A DNA stretch of 64,000 bases from Azolla caroliniana (Eukaryota > Plantae > Polypodiophyta): NCBI GenBank assembly GCA_043228905.1, contig JBHGNT010000002.1, positions 13,950,001 through 14,014,000 on the forward strand, given 5' to 3'. Below, piece after piece: positions 1 to 10,675 of this stretch (position 1 is its first letter; the number at the start of each line of letters is the position of its first letter). Under the pieces are notes generated by a model. It saw only the letters and a program-made list of their open reading frames with translations. It was not told the origin of the DNA and searched no databases. The position numbers and the translations under genes are program-made.

Positions 1-249
1 AGGTCTCTTCGTAGTCTACGCCGTGCGTTTGTGCGTATCCTTTTGCAATGAGCCGTGCTTTAAAGTGATTTACGGAGCCGTTGGCATTGTATTTCACTTT
101 GTAAATCCACTGCAGCAATCACTTTCTTGTTTGGAGGGTGAGGAACAAGATCCCAGGTCTTGTTTTTGCATAACGCTTCCATTTCCTCATTCATCGCATC
201 GACCCATCGCGGATCCTTTATGGTTTTAGAAAGCATCTCCGGCTCCTGT

Positions 250-934
250 TGTCGCGTTGCTACGCGCGTGCGTGGAGAAGGGCGGGACCACAGAGGTCTT
301 GGACTAAGGAGTAGAGGAGAAGGAATCGGACATGGAATGGAAGCTTTGCTCAAGAAGAAGAAGAATGAACAAGAGATTAGATCGAACAAGAGGAAGATGG
401 AGACAAGATTATCAACAAGATATATTAAAACGAAAGGAACGATTACAAAATGGTGGCCGCATAGGCCGCACCATCAAGATAAAGAAACCCTAACCCTAAC
501 CCTAATGCTCGACCTATGTGGTATACCTCGCACACTCAAAATAGGAAACCCCCACAATGGTGCCTTCCCTCTCCTTTTATAGCACAAGGAGGGAAGACCG
601 TTTACAAAAATGAGACTAAAATATCCCCTTTCATTCAAAGGGGATATTTGCCTTGATTTGGGGAGGGTGAGATTGATGGCCCCTTAACTCCCACCTCCTC
701 ACAAACAACTAGGTACCTATGTACCGCATAGTATCTCTCTCTCTCTCTCTCGCGTGGATGTGCGCACAAGACCACGTCGCCTTTATACTTTAGGGATCTT
801 ATGGGGCATTTCTAGCACCATACCCCTTTACCCTATTATTATTACAAATACATTATGTACGTGTGCAACGTTGCACATCACTCTTTGGCTCTCGTTGCTC
901 GGGTTTCCGCTCGTGGACGAAAATCTTCACGACA
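250..934 (-). repeat. 3' LTR of Trp-primed element
   Basis: TGTCGCG...CACGACA on plus; direct repeat of 3977-4696 except a ~35-bp deletion; contains (CCCTAA)3. Confidence 0.9.
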
Positions 935-1119
935 TCCGCCCCCACCTAACTGCACATCCACCGGTATGTGCCAAAACATAGGGAAGAGAACACGAGATTT
1001 TCGGCCACGACGACCGGCCGAGTCCTTAGTGCCCTTGTGGGCCCGCCTGGTTTTGTCCTCCACTTCGAGCAAGACCACCCCGTCCACACGAACCACCGCC
1101 GCCTTCCGGTCCACCATCC

Positions 1120-3930
1120 TCACCGAATGGTCTCGAATCGTCGGCGCCATCCGATCCGCCACACTCGACGATGTTCGCCGAGTCGTTGCCTCCACCCGAT
1201 CCGCCACGTCCACCGTGGGTTCTTGAACCACCGACTACATCCGACCCGCCGTATCCGATGCCCGTGCTTTCCTCCCTGTTCGGTCCTCCCGAACACCGTC
1301 GCCGACCCGGTTGTTCTTCCTTTGTCCGCCTCGTATATCCCCCGGATGCACTCTCGGTCGCATGCCGGATTCCGCCCTTTGCATGCCACACACCTCGGTG
1401 TGCCGATTCTCTCTGCTCCGCGCTCGCCTTCCGTAGGCTTTCCCCGTTGTTCGCCGTGCTCTCTCGCGGTAGAGCGTACTGTCATCCCGACCTCCGTGTC
1501 GGTGTCCCTCGAGGCTCTCGTTACCGCTTCACCTCGACTTGCGCCCTCTTGGCCCGCTTGGCCTTGCATGCCCTCCGGGAAGCCGCGCTTCCTCTTCCCG
1601 GCGCGTAGCCCATTGCTCTCCGCGCACCTTCTTCGATTCTCAAGACACGACTCTCCGCTCATGCCGATCGCGCTCGGCCCATGTCGTCGGTCTTGGTGTT
1701 TCGCCACGCCGTCCTTCGTCCCGCGCTTGCCTCTCGAAGGCTTGACCCGACCGTCATCGTCGGTCAATCGTTGTCGCCCATCCGCCGTATGCATGCTTGT
1801 GTCTTGGCCCTCCACCGGCCGTATTGCATGCGTCTCATGTCGCGCTTCTGCCGTAGACCCGACCTCCGCGTCGGTCTCCAACTCCTCGCCGCCACCCACC
1901 GTTTCTTCGTTCTCCTTTCGATCCGCGACCACCGATGCCTCACGGGTAGGTGTAGAGGGTTCCTCCCACTCTCGGTCCAGCACCGAGTCCTCGCCTCTGA
2001 AAGGCTCAATCGGTCCACCGTTTCCGGTCACTCGTTGACGCTCTCTCGGATGCATGCTCGTTCTTGGGCCCTTCACCGACTGTAATGCATGCTTCGTGTT
2101 ACGCCCTTCATCCGCCGTAGACCCGACCTCCGCGTCGGCCACTTCTTCCTTTGTCACCGTAGCCCGTTCCGACCTGGGCTCGCCATCTTGGACCCGCTCG
2201 TCCATCATCTCATACCGGATACCCGCTCCGATAACTTTATCCGCTTCGGCCTCCGACTCCTCGCCGCCACCCGCCGTCTCTCCGGTCTCACGTTGATCCG
2301 CAACCACCGAAGTCTCTAGAATGGGTGTGGAAGGTCCCTCTCGCTCTCGGTCTTCTAGCAAGCCGTGATCACCGTGCCCACTAGGCCTCCTATCCTCACG
2401 GCCACCGCCCATCTCTCCGGTCTTATGTCCGCGCTCGGGCGCAACCGCCGAAGTCTCCGGCCCTGGTGTTGAGGGATCTCACTTCCGTCCGCTACAAACC
2501 TCCTCTTCGTCATTTCGGTTGCCCGCCTTGCCGCCGCCACCATCCGTCTCTCTAGGTCTCACACCAGCTCTCGGGCCGGTTGCCGGCGTCTCTAGGACCG
2601 GTGTGTGGAAGGTCACGGCACCGCCGCTCGTCTCCTCTTCTTCCTCGATTTCGCAAGCCTCGAGTATGCTTGCGAAATCCTCGTAAAATGTTTCGGGCAA
2701 CCGCGTCCCGAAACTTTCGTCCACTCTCGAAGTGGCGTCCATTGCTCCGTAGATATCGGCCTCATCCATGGCCGTCCTCTTTCCACAAGTCGAGAGGGTC
2801 GCTCGCTCCGCACCCTCTCCCACATCGTCGCCGTGGTTGCCCGCATTGCCGCCGCCACCGTTCGTTACCCTAGGTCTCACACGGGCACTCGGGCCAGCCG
2901 TGGGGTCTCTTGAACCGGTGCGTGTAAGGTAGCAATGCCGCCGCTCGTCGATGCTATGCCCGTAGCCACCTCCATTCGGATATCGTCGTCCGTGGCTACC
3001 CTGCCTCCGTATATGTAAGCATCAATTATGCTTGCCGCCTCCTCTTCCACGGTCTCCTTATCGTTGTCTCGGTTGCCCGCCTTGCCGCCGCCACCGCCCG
3101 CCGCTCTAGGTCTCACGTCGGCAATCGGGTTGACTGCCGGTGCCTCTAGGGCCGGTGTGTGTAAGGTCGCGGCACCGCCGCTTGTCTCCTCCTCACTCGA
3201 TGTTTCGGGCCTCCATGCCCGAACTCCCTCATGTCCGCTCGAAGCGGAGATCGCCGCCTCACCGTCCCCGACCTCGTCCTCGGTCAATCTTTCTCCGCAT
3301 GTCGAGAGGGTGGCTCGTCCTGCACCCTCTCCCGTGGTACCGATGTACCATTCTCTTTCGGCCTCCTCATCCTCCGATCCGCTCGGCCCCGACTCCGGAA
3401 TAAGCCCCTCTTCGGCTTCAATTTGTGCCTCTACGATCTCGTACGCTTCCCGCACCAAGGCTTCGATGTCGAGCTCCTCCGAACCGATTTGCGTTGAGCT
3501 CTCTTCCGGCGGTAGTGTGTAGTCGGTCGCCGCTCTCTCTTCTCCGCCGCTTGCGGGCCGCGTTGTGGCCGACCGCCTCTCATCGCATTGTATGCACGCC
3601 CATTCCACCTCGTTCCAATCTTCGGTGAGGCCGTACGCCCCTTCATCGTCTTCGAGGTAAGGAAAAATGGCCATTCTCCCCCTTTCGTTGACCGACTTCA
3701 AGAAAAGTGGGACCTTGTCAGCCCCCACCGATTCTTGATCCCCAACCGAAAGTTGGGAAAACTGGAGATCGAACTCCTAGAATGCCTTCATTGCGCTTCG
3801 AGGAGCCTTTGCCGACGACACCCATAGATCGAACTCGCGTCGATCGTACTTGTACGCCTCTTCCCGTCTTTCTCTCCTCGCGAAATCCCTTGCCATTCTC
3901 GTAATTACTTCCGCGATGTCTCCGGCTTCC
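1120..3930 (-). pseudogene. gag-like ORF with acidic low-complexity repeated C-terminal region
   Basis: ORF pieces 2877-3728, 2479-2880 and 1120-2412. The 2877-3728 piece aligns with gag-like pieces at 49132-49641 and 57021-57716 (LFxKS..E...GLTxxWxxVxRxC). Internal duplications such as EEETSGGA.T.HTP.LE twice and DAEVGSTA twice. Confidence 0.65.
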
Positions 3931-3976
3931 ATCTCGTTCCTCCCTTGCCGCCTCTTGACGTCGGGTTCACCAAATA

Positions 3977-4696
3977 TGTCGCGTTGCTACGCGCGTGCGT
4001 GGAGAAGGGCGGGACCACGGGGGTCTTGGACTAAGGAGTAGAGGAGAAGGAATCGGACATGGAATGGAAGCTTTGCTCAAGAAGAAGAAGAATGAACAAG
4101 AGATTAGATCGAACAAGAGGAAGATGGAGACAAGATTATCAACAAGATATATTAAAACGAAAGGAACGATTACAAAACGGTGGCCGCGTAGGCCGCACCA
4201 AACGACTACTCGAAACCCTAACCGACGAAGATGAAGATCAAGATAAACAAACCCTAACCCTAACCCTAACGCTCGACCTATGTGGTATACCTCGCACACT
4301 CAAAATAGGAAACCCCCACAATGGTGCCTTCCCTCTCCTTTTATAGCACAAGGAGGGAAGACCGTTTACAAAAATGAGACTAAAATATCCCCTTTCATTC
4401 AAAGGGGATATTTGCCTTGATTTGGGGAGGGTGAGATTGATGGCCCCTTAACTCCCACCTCCTCACAAACAACTAGGTACCTATGTACCTCATAGTACCT
4501 CTCTCTCTCTCTCGCGTGGATGTGCGCACAAGACCACATCGCCTTTATACCTTAGGGATCTTATGGGGCATTTCTAGCACCATACCCCTTTACCCTATTA
4601 TTATTACAAATACATTATGTACGTGTGCAACGTTGCACATCGCTTTTTGGCTCTTGTTGCTCGGGTTTCCGCTCGTGGACGAAAATCTTCATGATA
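3977..4696 (-). repeat. LTR of Trp-primed element flanked by both a PBS and a PPT
   Basis: Repeat of 250-934; PBS at 3958-3972 on the left; PPT plus ~35 bp of interior repeated at 4697-4731 on the right. Confidence 0.9.
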
Positions 4697-7386
4697 TCCG
4701 CCCCCACCTAACCGCACATCCACCGGCATGTCGAGGGAGTGAGTTGATGCGTTGTCGATTGGATCTTCATATTCAGACATCTTGGCCTTCCCTTTGTCGA
4801 GTTTTGGACTCGGTTGAAATGTGCTTTGGTCACTCAAGGGCTCCCGTGGTCCACTAAGCCGTGTCGTAATTGATCTTTCTTCAAACATGCGCATGAGCCA
4901 ATCTTCGTCTTCTATCTCCATGTCAGCCGATTCCGGGTCGAGCGGAGTTAGAGTCGAAGTTGTTTCTGGTGCGTACCAGGATGCCGACTCGTCGAAGACT
5001 ACGTCTCGACTTGGTCGAGCTTTTTGGGTAGATGGGTTGTAGCATTTGTACCCCTTCTGTTCGAGTGAGTATCCTACGAGGATACATTTCTCCGACTTCG
5101 GGTAGAGCTTTTGTCATGTATCGTCGGGAATATGTACGTAGGTGATAGAGCCGAAAATGTGGACATGTGATAAGTCCGGCTTCTTTCCAAAGAACTTCTC
5201 ATGAGGAGTTACGTCGTGTACTCTTGAGGTTGTGCACCTATTCATGAGGTATACAACCGTGTTCACCGCTTCTGCCCAGTACAATTTCGGTAGGTTCTTC
5301 TTATTCATTATAGCCTGTGCGACTTCTACTATGTGCTGGTTTTTACGCTCAACTATGCCGTTCTACTGAGGTGTGTGATGGCATGAGAATTCTCATCGGA
5401 TTCCTTCCTTTTGGAGATACTCTGTAAACTCATCCAAAAAGTATTCTTTGCCTCCATCTGACCCGTAGTTTTTTCCACTTCAGCCTTGAACCTCTGGATG
5501 TGTCCGAACACTTCGCTCGTTTGTCTCATCGGGTAGATCTAGGTGTGCCTGGAGAAGTCATCGATGAACGTGACAAAATCTCGGCATCTGCCAAGTGTGC
5601 TTATCTGGGTTGGTCCCCATACATCTGAATGTATGACATCCAGGATCCCTTTGCTAATATTCCGCTCTTTCGGGAATGGATGTTGGCGTTGCTTTCCGAA
5701 CTGGCACGCTTCACATACTCCTGTAATCTCCTTCGCGGTAAAGTTTGGGAGTCTGATTACGACTTCTTTCGACTGCATGTTTTGAAGCTTCTGGAAATTG
5801 ATGTGACCAATTCTCTTGTGCCACAAGTTTAGGTCGGTTTCGACTTTGACGCCCTTTGCAAACATGGCCGATTTTACCTCGTTTGATTCGAGGACAAACA
5901 TACGGCCTTCACGACGGTTGTGAGCGATGACTTGATCTCCTCTTTCGATAAAGCACCCATCATTGTTGAATTGTACCTGCATTCCTTGTTCGACAATCTA
6001 GCCGACCGATACCAAGTTTTTCGTGAAGGTAGGGACATGCAATATGTTCTTGAGGTAGGTTAGTTTGTCATTGTTTCTGAATGGGACATTCCCGATATGC
6101 TATATTGGATGCGTCGTGTCATCTCCTGTGTCGACATATCCAGGTCATTCGGGTTTTTGTAATTCCCGAAACCAATCTTCATGAGACGTCATGTCGTTGG
6201 ATGCTCCCGAGTCAACAAACCATATGTTATTTGAGGCAGAGGCGCTAATTGAAGCCAGTGTTGACATCGAGTGTGCTTCGTGCCTCATTACGAATATTCC
6301 GCCACGGTCGTCATAGTCGGAGTTCGTGGCGTACTTTGTAAACATTCCGCTATGATCGTCGTAGTCAGAATTTGATGCGTAATTCGTGAGTTGTCGGCTA
6401 GTTGAAGCCGAGTCTCGTACTTTTTTTCGGCACTCCTCTTCATAGTGGCCGTGTTTTCCATAATACTTGCATTCGATCGGGTTGTTATGATTGCTCGGTC
6501 CGGCGTGATGAATCCCCCTTCTGCTGAACTCTTTGGGACCGTTCCTGTCCGTTTGCCATTGGTGGGGGTTACACTCTTGAGTCTACAGACCATTACGACC
6601 TTGTTCGAATCAACCTCTATTTCCACGGCCGAAATTTCTTCTATCATCCGACTGGGAGTAGAGCATATGACCCTCTGGTGCATTGCTCCTTTGTCGGGCG
6701 TGATTTTCCTCAACCAACAATATTGATTGGAGATCGAAAAATGAAGGAGGGTTCTCCCTTGCAAGGATGGTTGATCTAATTGAGCCAAATCGGGGTGCTA
6801 AACTGTGGAGGCATATTTGCACCATCTCGTGATCGTCGATTACAACTTTAATCGATCCGAGGGCATCACACAACTCCTTGATCTTTTAGATATAGCCTGT
6901 GATCGACATGTCCCTCTATTGCATGTTGTTTAGCTCCTGTCGAAGTTGGAGCTTTCGTGCAACCGTGTTGGCCGCAAAATTCTTCTCGAGATTTCCCCAA
7001 GCTTCTTTCGATGTTTTCAAATCTCGAATATAGCCAAGTGGGATAGTCAGCGTGTGTTGGGTTGGGTTGAGTTTCGTGAGCTCCTTCAATGTAGCTTCAG
7101 TAACCTTGTCTGACAAGGTATTGATGCATCTTGTATTCCCAAGATGCGAAATTCATTATGTCAAGCTTCTCGGTAGGAAGAGCGCTTCCCATTTGAGTGT
7201 TCATTATGTCGATTTCTACTCTATTGATGAGCCGGTTCTGTTGATCGTCGGCGTGCACCACAACACAGTTGAATAGATTCGATTAAGCAACCACATGCTC
7301 TGATAGCATGTAAATAAATGGAGCTGGTGGTGTAATGCAGCGGAAGATGATTGAGTGTGTGTATGCGTGTATGCACATAAGGCAAA

Positions 7387-7387
<1 letters not shown>

Positions 7388-7450
<63 letters not shown>
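7388..7450. repeat. (AG)n microsatellite inside copia A LTR
   Basis: About 30 AG units visible directly. Confidence 0.95.
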
Positions 7451-7452
<2 letters not shown>

Positions 7453-7972
7453 TAAGACAGAGATTCTTGAGAAACATCGGCCAGATTGGCTGAGCAAGCC
7501 GAGGACCGGATTGGTTGGGACCGATCAGTTAGGCTAGACCGGTGCGTAAAACGGATGCATAAACCGGTACACAAACCGGTGCGTAGACCGAAAGGCCGTT
7601 AGAAAGATATTCCTCGTAAAGAATAGTTTTGGGAGTAAGTGTCGAGGCTCATTTATGAGCGGTCAAGTACTGTTAGTACTTGTGTCAGCCCGATTGTCAG
7701 GGCTTGTATAAAAGTGCTCACTGAGCACATCCTATGTACAGATTGAGTATTATTTTTGAATCAAGTTCTAGTGTTTTACTCTCTCTCTCTGTCTCTCCCG
7801 TGCGTACTGTGCAAACCTAAGCTTTCCATTAAACCTGCGCATTTTCTTTGTGTTTGTTTTTCTATTGCTTCCGCACATTATCTTTTACATGGTATTAGAG
7901 TGTGAGGGTTGAGAACCTCTGCAGCCGACATAGCTTGAAAGAAAAACTAACCAAGAAGAACAACCAAAACTG

Positions 7973-10204
7973 ATGGACAGAGGAATGGCTAGCTCGCTTC
8001 CAATAGAGAAGCTCGACAGAAACAACTACGCATCTTGGTCCTACAAGATGCACCAGTACCTGCTCGGACACGGTTACTGGAGCTATGTCGATGGAGCAAA
8101 TGACACAACACCCGATTCGACACACAAAGACTTCCCGGTGTGGGAACAATCGGTCAACAGAGTGTTGTACTGTTTCGCGTCTTGTGTGGGCGAACAACTA
8201 TTAAGCTACGTTCGAGATGCAAAAAAGCTGAAGGGTGTGTGGGAAAATCTGAAGAAGATCTTTTCCGTGAGCACCACAGCCAGGAAGTTTCAGCTCCGAC
8301 AGGAGTTAAGCAACCTACGACAACGCGATTTGTCGGTGGCTGACTATACCTCGAAGATCAAGGACATATGCGACTCCTTAGCTTCCATCGATGTGAACAT
8401 CGAGGAAAGCGAGATGGTCCAGGTCTGTCTCGGGGGTTTGGCGTTGAAGTTCGGGGCGTTCCGAACTGCTGTGTGTACCTAGGAGAATACACCGTCCTTT
8501 TTCGACTTATAGTCGATGCTCCTGGTAGAGGAGAACCACGCAGGTGCGTCAACGAGCACGCACACCGACAACAAGATGTTGCACACGGAGGGAGATAGGA
8601 CCCGTGGACGTGAAGGACGAGGCGAGTCGGTACGCAATGGAGGCGGCCGACGGGATCAAGGAAGAAGGCACCGAAGTGATGCTGACAGCAATTCCGGACC
8701 CTCCGGAAACAGGGGGAGTCGAGGCTACGAGAATCAGCAAGGGAAATCCGCCGCGGAATGCTGGTATTGTGGCAAGAAAGGCCACAGGGAGAGCGAGTGC
8801 TGGAAAAAGCGCGCCGATTCGGAGAGAATCGGGTCCGGACCAGGTTCCGGACAGACTGACAAAGGAAATCGGCAACAATTGCACTATGCCGAAGGATCCG
8901 GAGAAGCCAGAAAAGGGTCAGTCTTCGTGACGAGACATGAAGCAAACTCAATGAAGAAGATCACCACGAAGTCGGAGGAGGTGTGGTACATCGACTCCGG
9001 CGCGTCAAACCACATGACGTGCCACGAGGAGTGGTTCTCATACCTTGAGAAACCGACGCAACCAGGAGTAGTCGCAACCGGAGACGACACTCCGCATCTG
9101 ATTGCGAATGTCAGAGAAGTTCCCTTGAACCATGTCGGGCAGAAAGGGAAACTCATGAACGTGCTACACGTTCCGACAATCACGAAGAATCTGGTGTTGG
9201 TCGGGCAAATCGTCGACCAAGGGATGTAGGTTCGGTTTACACACCTTGGGTGCTTCATTGAGGAAGAAGGCTGTGTTATTGTGCAAGGGCGTAGAGATGG
9301 GAGGATGTTCATCCTCGACTCTACTGACGGTGGCACCACAATGTTCGCAAAGGGACAAAAAGTCGAGTCGGACATCGACTTATGGCACAAGTGGATAGGC
9401 CATGTCAACTACCAGTGGCTTAAGGACCTGCAATCGAAACAGGTGGTGTTCGGATTGTCCAAATTTAGTGACCGGAAGGCACAAATTTGTGAAGCCTACC
9501 AGGTTGGGAAGCAACACCGACTTCCCTTCCCCAACGGGCGTAACCGGAGCCGGAACAAGCTCGACTTGTTACACTCCGATGTGTGGGGGTTGGCACAAAA
9601 CGTTAGACTTGGCGGGAGCCGATATTTGGTCTCCTTCATCAACGACTACACGCGGCACACATGGATCTACCTCATTGAGAGGAAGAGCGAAGTCTTCGAC
9701 TGTTTCCAGGACCTCAAAGGGTTTGTGGAAACTGAAATAGGACGAAAGATCAAGTGCCTGCGGTGGGGTGGTGGAAAAGAGTACTTTTCCAGTCAATTCA
9801 ACGGCTATCTGCAGCAGATGGGAGTTCGGTGTGAATTCAGTTGTAGATACATGCCGGAAGAATCGGTCGGTTGTGGAAGCGGCACGGGCAATGCTAGAGG
9901 AGAAGAGCTTTCCCAAGCTCTACTGGGCCGAGGCGGTAAGGACCGCGGTATACATCCAGAACCGGATCGTAGACAAAGTGTCGGCGCACGAGCTATATTT
10001 CGGAATGAAGGCAAACTTGTGATACTTACAAGTTTTCGGTAGCATTGCGTATGTGCATGTGCCGAAGGAGAAAAGGAGGAAGTTGGACGCGAAAGCCGAG
10101 AAGTGTATCTTGGTTGGCTATTCGGACAAACAGAAGGGTTATAAGTGCTATAACCCACGCACCAAACAAGTGCACGTGAGCCGTGACGTTGTGTTTGACG
10201 AGTC
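7973..10204 (+). pseudogene. copia B gag-PR-INT (5' part)
   Basis: ORF fragments 7973-8482, 8516-9229, 9281-10042 and 9768-10022 carrying copia motifs; stops and frameshifts. Confidence 0.9.
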
Positions 10205-10623
10205 TGTTATTCTCTGACCGGACAAGGCCTAACACAAGGTGTCACGGAGACACTTCACCAAAGGGTGATTACGGTATAGGATTAAGATTCAACGATTACA
10301 CCGACTTACGTAGGTTACACAATTAGAATGCTTTGGTTAATTACACGCGTAAGATATAACAGTAATTACAGAACGGAAATCAACACAGAAGTATAAACAC
10401 CATATGCTCTATTAATTATCCGCTGCGATTACAATGGGGTCCGGGCCTTTAAATAGGTTTCCGGCCCGTAGTACAAAACGGTGCCCATCGCACCTATTCG
10501 GGATCCGTCCGGATCTGGAACGGCATACCGTTTCCAGTCCGTCCGTCCACACTATTCCTATTTACAACCACACTTAATTAATTCCTTCACTCCGTATTTT
10601 GGACTCCTTGCCGGCCGGTAACA
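10205..10623 (-). repeat. 3' LTR of intact gypsy element
   Basis: Matches 19551-19969; TATTTAAA on minus strand near 10448-10455. Confidence 0.97.
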
Positions 10624-10625
10624 CA

Positions 10626-10642
10626 TGGCACGCCTGTGGGAC
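10626..10642 (+). promoter_or_regulatory. Second PBS-like site (complementary to tRNA-Arg(UCU) 3' end) at the expected PPT position
   Basis: LTR end + CA + TGGCACGCCTGTGGGAC; resembles the tRNA-Arg PBS TGGCACGCCC(A/G)GTGGGAC with a 1-nt gap; no purine run adjacent to the LTR on the sense strand. Confidence 0.7.
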
Positions 10643-10675
10643 AATACCTTGTACGTCGAACCCTTCTTGGCCCCT

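Larger units (their letters stand above)
250..4731 (-). mobile_element. Non-autonomous tRNA-Trp-primed LTR element (gag-like ORF only), inserted in copia A
   Basis: Near-identical LTRs at 250-934 and 3977-4696. PBS TGGTGAACCCGACGT at 3958-3972 (minus). PPT GTTAGGTGGGGGCGGA at 935-950 (minus). Interior has a frameshifted gag-like N-terminus (LFLKSV...GLTEDWNEVEWAC) and acidic duplicated segments, with no PR/RT/RH/INT. Confidence 0.85.

Noticed and set aside
487-504. (CCCTAA)3 as a vertebrate-type telomere insertion
   Set aside because: Present in both LTR copies (also 4251-4269), so it is part of the LTR, probably a telo-box-like motif.
968-2038. 356-aa plus-strand ORF and other long antisense ORFs
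   Set aside because: GC-rich shadow frames opposite the element's sense ORF, with no recognisable domains.
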